Under the pieces are notes generated by a model. That model ran no database searches, was not told where the DNA came from, and saw only the letters and a list, made by a program, of their open reading frames with translations. DNA of 64,000 nt from NCBI GenBank assembly GCA_963663165.1, contig OY760175.1, positions 6,176,001-6,240,000 of the forward strand, in the 5' to 3' direction. The DNA is from an uncultured Desulfospira sp. (lineage in GTDB: Bacteria; Desulfobacterota; Desulfobacteria; Desulfobacterales; Desulfobacteraceae). Shown here one piece after another: positions 30,360-39,789 of the stretch. Positions within the stretch are counted from its first letter, which is position 1, and the number at the start of each line of letters is the position of its first letter. A program made the position numbers and the translations under genes.

Positions 30360-31610
30360 CTAATGGAGTTGGCGCACATTTCCCGGCCAGGGATAGGTCG
30401 ACAGCTTTTTCAGGGCGTTTTCTGAAATCCGAATACGCCCTTGTCCCTTTGGGGTTCTGCGCTGCCCGGTCATTTGCTGCTGGAGAAAATAATCAACCAG
30501 CAAAGGGATATCATTGATTCGTTCTCTTAAACTGGGAAGCCTTAACTCAAGGCCGCACAATCTGAAATATAGATCCCGGCGAAACTTTCCCTGTGCAATG
30601 AGCCGTTCAAGGTCTGTATTGGTGGCCGCAATAATTCTGGCATCATATGCCGTCTCCCTGTCCGAGCCCACGGGCATGACCTTTTTTTCCTGAAGCGCCC
30701 GAAGAATTTTGGCCTGGCAGGGCAGGCTCATCTCTCCGATTTCATCCAGCAACAGGGTCCCGCCTGAGGCGGCCATAAATTTGCCTTCACGGCTGGTTGA
30801 GGCCCCGCTGAAAGCCCCTTTAACATGGCCGAACAGCTCGCTTTCAAGGATGGTTTCATTGATGGCCGCACAGTTGATGCTTAAAAAGGGGCCGTTTCTG
30901 TGGTGCATGTTTTCGTGGATTCTTCTGGCGCACAGCTCTTTTCCGGTGCCGGTTTCCCCGTAAATCAGGACCGGTACCGATGATGCGGCGGCCTTAACCG
31001 AAAGGCTCAGCACCTTTTGAATGGCCTGGCTGATCCCAACGATCACGGTCTGCTCTTTTTCCGGAACCGGCCGGAATGCTTTAACCGGCTTGGACTCGCC
31101 ATGTCCGGCACCTTGAACAAGGGATGCGGCATACAGCACCCCCACGGCGGTCATGATATCTTCCCAAAGGCCCGGGAACTGCTCTTTGGTGGCGTGGTTG
31201 ATCAGGTTGATGACCCCATAGATTTTATCATTATAAATGATCGGCGCACTGATCATGGACCGGGTTCTGAATTCAATGATCCGGTCTACGTTACGGTCAT
31301 GCTGGTGATGGCTCCAGGCATCGGAGATACGGATGGTTTTCCGGGATAACACAGCGGCCCCTGAAATGCCTTCACCCGGTTTTAAGGAAAAGTCGCCCAG
31401 ATCGTCTCTGGACAGATTCGTGGCGTACTTTAAGGTTAAATGGCCATTGAGGCCGGTCTGCCAGATGGAGGCTTCCCGGGCGTTGGCCGCATCCATAAGC
31501 GCCTGGCATAGGCGTTTTTCAAACTCACCGGCCTTTGCCGTAACACAGTGTTCTGATTTGAAAAGTGCAAACAGGGCATCAATTTCAGGGCAGCTCATTG
31601 TTCTATACAC
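30360..31610 (-). pseudogene. GAF-domain sigma-54 enhancer-binding protein, truncated before the HTH
   Basis: GETGTGKE, ESELFGH, GAFSGA, WPGNVRQL, then in-frame TAG; no Fis HTH. Confidence 0.8.
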
Positions 31611-31764
31611 AAAACGGTTTTAAATGAACACGTTATCACACTGTCGGTATCACAAAAAAAAGATTCACACAGTGCGAATTTATGTATGTCATTTCAGCCT
31701 TTGGGGCTGGAAACGGTGATGCTGTTTTTTAAATATATTCACAGGTGGCCATGTAAAATCAATC

Positions 31765-31916
31765 GTAACTGTTCAGCAGTGCCCCATCTTCGCTCATTCA
31801 GGCCTTCTCACATAGCAAAAGTATGCTACGAAGTCCTGACTAAACAAATATGAAGCACTGATGAACAGTTACGGACCCTGATTTTGCTTAGTTTTCAGCA
31901 TTAGCTGAATAGTTAC
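31765..31916. mobile_element. 152-bp MITE, family C copy 1
   Basis: Ends GTAACTGTTCAGC / GCTGAATAGTTAC; 8-bp TSD AATCAATC; inverted copy at 39350-39501. Confidence 0.9.
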
Positions 31917-32095
31917 AATCAATCTATAATTTTAAGGAAAACCCGTAAATCATGAAGGCCATGGTATTGTGTGGAAAAAAACAACATTCAGGGTTCAGGC
32001 TGCCCCTAAACGGGGACAAGGCCGGGGGGCTGAGATGCCTTTACTAAACATTTTTTAAATGCTACTCTTTTTTAAATCATACAGGTGGGTGCCGG

Positions 32096-33643
32096 ATGGA
32101 AAAAAATAACATTCCAGCAAATCTTGTCAACGAGACCTTTCCGCTGAATATCGCCATTGTGGGCGGGGGCCGGACCTGCCGGTTTTTCCTTGAGCTGATC
32201 CATGATGATCCCCTGCCTTTTTTTGATATCAAAATACTGGGGGTGTGTGATAAAAATACCCGGGCCGAGGGGATTCTGCTGGCCCGGAAAATGGGCATAT
32301 GCACAACGGACAGCCTCGATGACCTGTTGAATATTGAACATCTTGACAGTGTTCTTGAGCTGACGGGAAAGCAAAGTGTCCTTCTTGAAATTATCCGGCT
32401 AAAACCCCGGGGCGTCGGGGTCCTTGAGTACAATATCAGCCGGGTTTTGCGCAACCTTCTCAAAACCCGCCGGCGGCTTGAATCAGCCGAGCAGCGGCTT
32501 TCGGCTGAAAAAGATTTTTCCAACCTGCTGATTCACCAGAGTACGGCGGCCATTGTCTTTATCCAGGCGGATTTCACCATTGCCGATGCCAATGAGGCCT
32601 ATCTTAAAACGGTGAAAAAGACAAAGGACCAGGTCATTGGCGCCCGCTGCTATGAAATTTCCCACGGGATAAAGGCCCCTTGCTCCAGTGCGTTTCCCGG
32701 GGTGAAATGCCCCATGCTTGAGACCTTGAGAACCGGTAAAAATGTGCACGTCATCCATGAACACCCGGGGCCCGACGGACAGCGCCGGTATTGTAACCTG
32801 ACCACCTATCCCGTGAAAAACGACGCCGGTGAAATCACCCAGGTGATCGAATTCTGGCGGGATATTACCGATGAGGTTTCAGACCAGTGGAACAAGCGGG
32901 TAAAAGAGCTTGAATCCAATATCCAGAAAATGATTCAGGAAGACCGGATGATTTCTTTGGGGAAACTTGCCGCAAGCTGCGCCCATGAAATCAACAACCC
33001 CATCCAGGGCCTTTTGACCTTCTGCGACTATATGCTGGAGATGCTAAAGGACGGACAACCGGACCCGGATCATTTGGTAAAATTCAAAGACCATCTGAAG
33101 CTCATGTCAAGGGAGCTTCAACGGTTGGGAAATATTGTTTCCGGACTGCTCTCCTTTTCCCGGGAGTCCGGCGCAGCACATGCCCATGTGGACTTAAATG
33201 AGGCGTTAAATGCGGTTCTGAGCCTGACGCGCCACAAACTTGAGTTGGGGGACATTATACCTGAAATCAAGCTGTACCCGGCGCCGATCATGCTCGAAGG
33301 GGATATCAACCAGCTTCAGCAATGTTTTTTAAACCTGATTTTCAATGCCATTGAATCCATGCCCGACGGCGGGTCTCTGACAGTGACCTCCCGCATGGAT
33401 AAGGCCGGCAAAAAGGCAAAGGTCATCATCCGGGATACCGGGTACGGGATTCCGGAAAAGTTAAAAGGAAACCTGTTTGATCCTTTTTTTACCACAAAAG
33501 ATGTGGGGCAGGGCACGGGGCTTGGCCTGTCCATTGTCTACGGGGTGGTCAAAAATCACCGGGGAACCATCAAGATTGACAGCCACGAAAATGAAGGGGC
33601 GGCATTCACACTGACTTTCCCAGTGGTCCCTTCCATGATTTGA
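32096..33643 (+). CDS. Sensor histidine kinase with N-terminal Rossmann-like domain and PAS
   Basis: NIAIVGGGRTC; PAS with CYEISH..PC..CP; AHEINNP H-box; FDPFFTTK, GTGLGL; no TM. Confidence 0.9.
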   Translation: MEKNNIPANLVNETFPLNIAIVGGGRTCRFFLELIHDDPLPFFDIKILGVCDKNTRAEGILLARKMGICTTDSLDDLLNIEHLDSVLELTGKQSVLLEIIRLKPRGVGVLEYNISRVLRNLLKTRRRLESAEQRLSAEKDFSNLLIHQSTAAIVFIQADFTIADANEAYLKTVKKTKDQVIGARCYEISHGIKAPCSSAFPGVKCPMLETLRTGKNVHVIHEHPGPDGQRRYCNLTTYPVKNDAGEITQVIEFWRDITDEVSDQWNKRVKELESNIQKMIQEDRMISLGKLAASCAHEINNPIQGLLTFCDYMLEMLKDGQPDPDHLVKFKDHLKLMSRELQRLGNIVSGLLSFSRESGAAHAHVDLNEALNAVLSLTRHKLELGDIIPEIKLYPAPIMLEGDINQLQQCFLNLIFNAIESMPDGGSLTVTSRMDKAGKKAKVIIRDTGYGIPEKLKGNLFDPFFTTKDVGQGTGLGLSIVYGVVKNHRGTIKIDSHENEGAAFTLTFPVVPSMI

Positions 33644-33665
33644 AAAAAAATACGAGAGGACAGGC

Positions 33666-35012
33666 ATGGAATCTAAAATGAGACTCATGATCGTGGATGA
33701 CGAGCAGATTGTCCGTGAAGCCCTTTTGATCTGGTTTGACAAATACGGCCATGAGGTGGATACGGCCGCATCCGGCCTGCAGGCGTTGGAAAAGCTTGAG
33801 CAAAAGCCGTATCAGCTGTTGTTCGTGGATATTAAAATGCCGGGCATGGACGGCATTGAACTGCTCGAACGGGTAAAAGACCTTTATCCGGACACCATGG
33901 TGGTGATCATCACGGCCTACGGGTCTATTGAAAGTGCGGTCAAGGCCATGCGGGCCGGTGCCAGCGACTACCTGCTCAAACCCTTTAAGCCGGATCAGCT
34001 GTCACTGGTCATGGAGCGGGTGCTTTCCCAGCAGAAAATGGCATGGGATTATCAGTATTTAAAGGGGCATCTCGAACAGATCACCCGGTTTGACAACATC
34101 ATTGGCGAGTCCGGCCCCATGCAGAAGTTATATGCCCTGATCCCTGAAGTGGCCCAAAGCGATTCATCGGTTCTCATCACCGGAGAGACCGGCACCGGAA
34201 AAGAACTGGTGGCCAAAGCCATTCATGCCAAAAGCCAACGGGCCCAAAGCCCCTTTATTGCCATCAACTGCGGGTCCTTTCCCGATGCGCTCATGGAAAG
34301 CGAATTGTTCGGATATAAGAAAGGGGCGTTTACCGGGGCGAACCACTCCAGAAAAGGCTTTTTAGAAGTGGTCTGCGGCGGGACCCTGTTTCTGGATGAG
34401 ATCGGGGATACCAGCACCAAAATGCAGGTGGACCTGCTTAGGGTCCTGGAAGACAAAAAAATTTACAGTGTGGGCAGCAACACCCCGGTAGAGGTGGACT
34501 TTCGCCTGATTTCAGCCACCCGTCAGAATCTTGAAAAACGGATCTCAGCCGGAGCCTTCAGGGAGGATTTTTATTACCGGATCAATGTCATCCGGGTTCA
34601 CCTGCCGCCCCTGCGGGACCGGAAAAGCGACATCGCAGCGTTGGCGGATCATTTTATGGAAAAATACAGCCACGAAACCACCAAACATGTGGACCGGATC
34701 ACGCCGGATGCGGTGGCCCTGTTAAAATCCTATGACTGGCCGGGCAATGTCAGGGAACTTGAAAACGCCATTGAGCGGGCTGTGGTGCTGAGCAAGTCCC
34801 GGACCCTCACCCGGGATGATTTTTCATTTTTAAATCCGGTACCGGCATCGTCACCGGCTGCCCGGACATTAAAGGCCGTACAAAAAGACCATATCCTTAA
34901 GGTCCTTGATGAACAGGACTGGCAGATCACCCGTTCCGCCCAAATCCTTGGCATCAACCGCGTGACCCTCCATAAAATCATTAAACGGGACAAGTTAACA
35001 AAACGCTCATGA
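33666..35012 (+). CDS. Sigma-54-dependent response regulator (NtrC family)
   Basis: Receiver DIKMPG, GETGTGKE, GAFTGA, WPGNVRELEN, C-terminal HTH. Confidence 0.95.
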   Translation: MESKMRLMIVDDEQIVREALLIWFDKYGHEVDTAASGLQALEKLEQKPYQLLFVDIKMPGMDGIELLERVKDLYPDTMVVIITAYGSIESAVKAMRAGASDYLLKPFKPDQLSLVMERVLSQQKMAWDYQYLKGHLEQITRFDNIIGESGPMQKLYALIPEVAQSDSSVLITGETGTGKELVAKAIHAKSQRAQSPFIAINCGSFPDALMESELFGYKKGAFTGANHSRKGFLEVVCGGTLFLDEIGDTSTKMQVDLLRVLEDKKIYSVGSNTPVEVDFRLISATRQNLEKRISAGAFREDFYYRINVIRVHLPPLRDRKSDIAALADHFMEKYSHETTKHVDRITPDAVALLKSYDWPGNVRELENAIERAVVLSKSRTLTRDDFSFLNPVPASSPAARTLKAVQKDHILKVLDEQDWQITRSAQILGINRVTLHKIIKRDKLTKRS

Positions 35013-35551
35013 AACGGTTGACCGGGGTGGTTCCGCTCGGGGTAGTGCCCCTAGGGGAGGTGCCGGCCTTTGCCGTAAAGGTGATTGCGGCCAATATCAC
35101 GGCCTATTACCAATGGCCGGTGGATATTCTGCCCATGCAGCCTGTTCCCGAATCCGCTTTTGACCCGGCAAGGCTTAAATATGATGCCGGCCGTATCCTT
35201 AACCACCTTGAAACCTCCGATTTTACCGGGTATGCCAAAATTGTTGCCGTCATGTCCCCTGATATGTTTATCCCCATCTTTAACCATGTTTACGGCCAGG
35301 CAATTCAGGGCGGCCGCCTGGCCCTGGTTTCCCTTTTCAGGTTAAACCGGAATGCCAACGGGTCAACCCCGGCGCCGTCCCTTTTTTACGAGAGGGCGGC
35401 CAAGGTCGCCCTCCATGAACTCGGCCATCTGTTTGATTTGTTCCACTGCAATGAAAACCGTTGTCTGATGCACTTTTCAGGGGCCATAGAGGATCTGGAC
35501 AACATTCCGTTTTACCTTTGCCCGGACTGTGAAAGGCGGTTAAGATTTTAA
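35009..35551 (+). CDS. Archaemetzincin-family Zn metalloprotease (M54)
   Basis: HELGHLFDLFHCNENRCLMHFS...CPDC; ATGA overlap with the regulator. Confidence 0.85.
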   Translation: MKRLTGVVPLGVVPLGEVPAFAVKVIAANITAYYQWPVDILPMQPVPESAFDPARLKYDAGRILNHLETSDFTGYAKIVAVMSPDMFIPIFNHVYGQAIQGGRLALVSLFRLNRNANGSTPAPSLFYERAAKVALHELGHLFDLFHCNENRCLMHFSGAIEDLDNIPFYLCPDCERRLRF

Positions 35552-35561
35552 TGGGTTGTCC

Positions 35562-36512
35562 TTACCTTTTTTGACTTCTCAAAAAGGTCCTGGCCAGAAC
35601 GTCCCATCCGATTTCGGGAAACCGGGTGAAGACATCATCTATGGGCTCTCCGCCTGTGGCGGCCAGGTTATGGTATTCAGGCTCAATCAGGCGCAGCAGT
35701 TTCTGGCTTTCCCGGTCCGTCCACGCAAGGCTGTCTTTTCCGTAAAACAACCCCTTGACGTTTTTTTTGGGGCTGTCGGGCTCAAGGATGCACAGCCAGC
35801 CGTCTTGGTATGGATCTTCATGGATGATTTCAGGGGTGTCGGAAGCTTTGGTGTTGACGGCCACCACTGACCCCGTAATGGGTGAAAATGCGGCGGCTTC
35901 CTGGTCTTCCCGGGAGAACAGGATCCCGGCATGATCTTTTTTCAGCTCTGCGCCCAAGGGGGGAAGGCCAATTTGGGTGGGAACACCGAAAAGCCGGACC
36001 AGAAAATCATCAAAACCGATCCTGACCCGGCCCCCGTGTTCAAACCGGGCCCAGGTATGTCCCATGTGATAGTAATACCCGTCGGCCAGAAGGTACCCGG
36101 ATGCTTTTGAACAGGCCGGTCTGGCACCGGGAAGGGCCATATCCTCTTCATCAAGCATCTGGTCATACTCACAATGATAACATTCATAATTCATGGTGCA
36201 GGTCTTCGGCGCATCCACCCGGCCGGTCAGCACATGGCGGCAGGGGTTGTTGGTCCATGTGTACATGTGTTTTAAGTGGCGGGCCCATCCGGAACCGCCC
36301 ACGGAACCGCGCGCGGAACCGCCCAGGACGTCCGCCTCCTTTGCCGGGGCCTGCCTGACCGTCCGCTGCATGGCCTTGTCAAAGGGGCAGGTCATGCAGT
36401 CGTAGACATTGTCGCACAGCCTGAAGTTGACAATACCCGCTTTCATCCAGATGCACTGGTCCTCAACCACCTGGAAGCCTTTAACCCTGGTTTTTTGTTT
36501 TTTTTGCGCCAT
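35562..36512 (-). CDS. GcvH-like protein with two N-terminal 4-Cys motifs
   Basis: YYHMGHTWA..VRIGFDDF, SPITGSVVAVN, DPYQDGWL; C-x12-C-x5-C-x2-C and C-x13-C-x5-C-x2-C. Confidence 0.8.
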   Translation of the reverse strand: MAQKKQKTRVKGFQVVEDQCIWMKAGIVNFRLCDNVYDCMTCPFDKAMQRTVRQAPAKEADVLGGSARGSVGGSGWARHLKHMYTWTNNPCRHVLTGRVDAPKTCTMNYECYHCEYDQMLDEEDMALPGARPACSKASGYLLADGYYYHMGHTWARFEHGGRVRIGFDDFLVRLFGVPTQIGLPPLGAELKKDHAGILFSREDQEAAAFSPITGSVVAVNTKASDTPEIIHEDPYQDGWLCILEPDSPKKNVKGLFYGKDSLAWTDRESQKLLRLIEPEYHNLAATGGEPIDDVFTRFPEIGWDVLARTFLRSQKR

Positions 36513-36556
36513 AAAGCCCTCCTGATTTGGTGTTTGTTGTGGTTGCCTATTGAAAT

Positions 36557-36572
36557 TGCAAATCCGGGACCA
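36557..36572 (-). promoter_or_regulatory. Sigma-54 promoter of the GcvH-like gene
   Basis: Minus strand TGGTCCCGGATTTGCA (GG-N10-GC) about 45 bp upstream of the ATG. Confidence 0.6.
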
Positions 36573-36903
36573 GGCGGGGTTATTAGAGGGGAAAAGGTTT
36601 GTATTTATTTAAAAAACAACAGGTTATAGTTTCTTTATGCTTGGCGGATTTAGATGCGCGGTCTGGGGGGCAGCCGGGGAAATGATACAAAAAGCTACAG
36701 TTTTTATCGGTTATTTAAAGAAAAACGCTTAAACGGCCGTGGGTCGGCCGGTTTGGGATGTAGCCAAAAGCTACCTTCAGGAAGTTGCTTTTTTTACAGA
36801 AAAACAAAAGCTGCCGGCCCTCAGCCTTTAACTGCCTGCAGTGCAATGCGAACAGTTAAAGGCTAAAGGCTAACAGCTAAAGGCTAAAAGCTAACAGCTT
36901 TAA

Positions 36904-38610
36904 TCAGAGAATGTCCGGATCAACTACAATCAACATCGCATGCCCACCCTGAACATTGGTAATGTTGTCAAATCCTTTCTGGTTGAGCAGCACCTGGGTT
37001 TCATAGGACCTGGCCCCGGTTCCGCAGACCAGGCAGACCGGGCCGTCCTTGGGGATTTCATCCAAACGGTCCAGAAGCTGGGCCGGCGGGATGTTTTTCC
37101 ACTTATCCTTGTATTTGTCCAGGAACTCTTCGGCTTCTTTGGTTTCCCTGACGTCCAGGACCTTGATGCCATCATTTTTAAAGGCTTCAATAAAGTCAAG
37201 GGGATCCATGGGCGCGTTCCGGCCTTCCAGGATATTGTCCATGACGTTGCCCGCGTTGTTGAGCACATCCATGGCTGAGGCAAAGGGCGGGGCATAGGCC
37301 ACCTCAAGGGTGCAGATGTCGTCGGCATCAATTCCGGCAGGCAGAAGGGCCGCCACGGCATCCACCCGGGCCTTGACCGCATCCCCCTGGGACCCCACCG
37401 CTTCAATCCCTAAAATTTTCCGGCTGTTGCGATCGGCAATAAGGTCAATGTACATCTGTTTGGCAGACGGGTAAAAATGGGCCCTGTCCGGCTGGGAGAC
37501 CAGGGCATGGACCGGATCATATCCGGCTGCCTTGGCCTGGACAGCGGTAAGGCCGGCGGTTGCCCCGGCCATTTCAAATACCTTGATGCAGAAAGTGCCC
37601 ACCGTGCCGTCGAATTTTGAGGCCCGGCCATGGATATTGTTGGCAATAATTCTTCCCTGGCGGTTGGCCAGAGAGCCCAAAGGCATGGGCATGTTATCCC
37701 CGCTGACCAGGTTTCGGACCTCGACACAGTCCCCGCCGGCATAGATATCCGGATCCGTGGTCCGCATGCACCGGTCGACCAGAAGGCCGCCGGTTCTGCC
37801 CACGGCAAGGCCGGCTTCCCGGGCAAATTCAGTGTTGGGCCTTACCCCTGCCGAAAGGATCACCATATCGCATTCAATGGTCTGGCCGCCGACTTCAACA
37901 GAGGTCACGCCGGTCTCGGCATCCCCGTTGATTTTGTTCAGCCGCTGGGAGATCATCAGGGATACGCCGCTTTCCTCCAGATGGTTTTCAAGGATTCTGG
38001 AAAGGGTTTTACCTAAGGCCGTGGGCAAAATCTGATCCGCCATTTCAACCAGGGTGGTTTCCACCCCCCACAGATCAGTCAGGGCCTCGGCCATTTCAAT
38101 GCCAATGGCCCCGGCACCCACCACTACGGCCCGTTCCACGCTGCCCTGGGAGATTTTGTCCTTGATGGCCTTTGCCGAATGAAGGTTGGATACGGTAAAC
38201 ACCATGGGAAGGTCTGCCCCGGGAATCGGGGGGGTAATGGGGCTGGCCCCTGAGGCAATGACCAGCTTGTCATAGGCCATGGCCTCTTCTTTGCCGTCGT
38301 CCAGGTGGCGGACCAGAACGGTCTTTTCCTTCCGGTCAATACTGATGGCCTCGACCCGCGGCAGGACCGTTACCCCTTTGTTGGAATTGAAAAATCCAGG
38401 GTCCCGAACGACATGGGAGGAGGTGGAACAAAGGCCTTCAAGGTCTGCAATATCTCCCCCCACATAATAGGGAATGCCGCACCCGCCGTACGAGATAAGG
38501 TTGTCCCGGTCAATTACCGTTATTTCCACTTCCGGATCCAGGCGCCTGAGCCGGCAGGCCACTTTGGGGCCAAGGGCCACGGCGCCGATAATCACCACTT
38601 TTTTGCTCAT
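36904..38610 (-). CDS. FAD-dependent CoA-disulfide/persulfide reductase with C-terminal rhodanese domain
   Basis: IIGAVALG, SYGGCGIPY, VVGAGAIG, YAPPF, rhodanese DVRE..CGTGARS. Confidence 0.88.
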   Translation of the reverse strand: MSKKVVIIGAVALGPKVACRLRRLDPEVEITVIDRDNLISYGGCGIPYYVGGDIADLEGLCSTSSHVVRDPGFFNSNKGVTVLPRVEAISIDRKEKTVLVRHLDDGKEEAMAYDKLVIASGASPITPPIPGADLPMVFTVSNLHSAKAIKDKISQGSVERAVVVGAGAIGIEMAEALTDLWGVETTLVEMADQILPTALGKTLSRILENHLEESGVSLMISQRLNKINGDAETGVTSVEVGGQTIECDMVILSAGVRPNTEFAREAGLAVGRTGGLLVDRCMRTTDPDIYAGGDCVEVRNLVSGDNMPMPLGSLANRQGRIIANNIHGRASKFDGTVGTFCIKVFEMAGATAGLTAVQAKAAGYDPVHALVSQPDRAHFYPSAKQMYIDLIADRNSRKILGIEAVGSQGDAVKARVDAVAALLPAGIDADDICTLEVAYAPPFASAMDVLNNAGNVMDNILEGRNAPMDPLDFIEAFKNDGIKVLDVRETKEAEEFLDKYKDKWKNIPPAQLLDRLDEIPKDGPVCLVCGTGARSYETQVLLNQKGFDNITNVQGGHAMLIVVDPDIL

Positions 38611-38925
38611 ATTGTCTCCTGTATGTGAAAGCTGGTAGCTGTCAGCAGTGTTTTCTGCCGGCTATCAGCAGTTAGCAGTCGGTCAAACCGAATAGAAAAA
38701 TATACCGTTATCCATGGGAAATTCAAGGAAAAACATAAAAAGAGGGTGTTGAACATGCGCGGATTTCAAACGCCGATAAAGATGTCCCCTGAATTTGGTG
38801 GGATGGTTTTTTGTTTTTAATACGTTGGGTTGACAAAAAACAAGGTTCTATCCTAACTTCTAAAGGTAATAGGAGGCCATGGACATTTAGATCCCAGAGT
38901 GATTCAATTTTTGTGGGAAATGCCT

Positions 38926-39049
38926 CAATGTCATTAACTTAAGCGTTAATACAAGAAACTGGAAACAAGAGACAAGAGGGTGAAGCGCCGTTGGCGCCCA
39001 TTTTATAACCCCTGCGCGCTATGCCAAATTTCTTAAGTTAATGGCATTG
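38926..39049. mobile_element. 124-bp MITE, family B copy 2
   Basis: Same sequence as 6730-6853; 10-bp TSD GGAAATGCCT (38916-38925, 39050-39059). Confidence 0.9.
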
Positions 39050-39242
39050 GGAAATGCCTGGCAACAAAAAAAATGACCTGGTTTTCTATCAAATGGGAGG
39101 ACAGGCCCCTGATGGGTATACCGGTTTAAGTAAAAATGTGTATTACTCCCGCAACGTGGACAAAGCCCCGACACAGATTGCCAAAAACCGCTATTCAAAT
39201 ATTCGTCTTAAAAATATTGGTCAATAATAATTAACCAGGTAA

Positions 39243-39669
39243 GTGGAAACGGCGAGGCAAAATTCTGGCTGGAACCTGAAATCGAATTGGCCAGGAACCA
39301 TGGGTAATCCAGGTTGGAATTAAAACAACGCGAAAATATAATAGAGAATGTAACTATTCAGCTAATGCTGAAAACTAAGCAAAACCAGGGTCCGTAACTG
39401 TTCATCAGTGCTTCATATTTGTTTAGTCAGGACTTCGTAGCATACTTTTGCTATGTGAGACGGCCTGAATGAGCGAAGATGTGGCACTGCTGAACAGTTA
39501 CTAGAGAATTATCATGGGCAATTCAAAGCCGATTGGCAAAAACATTTCAGGGGTTGAGGTTACCAACATCTCCACCCATGGAATCTGGCTGTTATCAGGA
39601 GATAAAGAGTTATTTCTTGCTTATGACCATTTCCCCCGGTTCAAGGACGTTTCAATTGGGAAAATAATC
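39243..39669 (+). pseudogene. Degenerate partial copy of the DUF4160/DUF2442 pair, interrupted by MITE C
   Basis: Aligns with 42543-42809; TTA>TAA nonsense change near 39305; truncated at both ends. Confidence 0.85.
39350..39501. mobile_element. 152-bp MITE, family C copy 2
   Basis: GTAACTATTCAGC...GCTGAACAGTTAC; 8-bp TSD TAGAGAAT; the empty site is visible in the intact paralog near 42641. Confidence 0.92.
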
Positions 39670-39789
39670 TGTGCTTCTGCTCTAACCCGGGGGGGGGCAG
39701 ATAAAACCGGCCATTTTTGTCTGATTGTTATCTGCCCTGAACCTGAAGAAATTGAGCGGTTTTCTACAAACCTGTTTTGGAGGCGTTTT

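Noticed and set aside
30360..30362. Pyrrolysine read-through of the in-frame TAG
   Set aside because: A TAA and a deletion junction follow about 15 codons later and the neighbours are decayed, so a nonsense mutation is simpler
38879..39230. ORF-like stretch with good RBS (AGGAGG-ATG) interrupted by MITE B
   Set aside because: Several stops even after removing the MITE; no identifiable family
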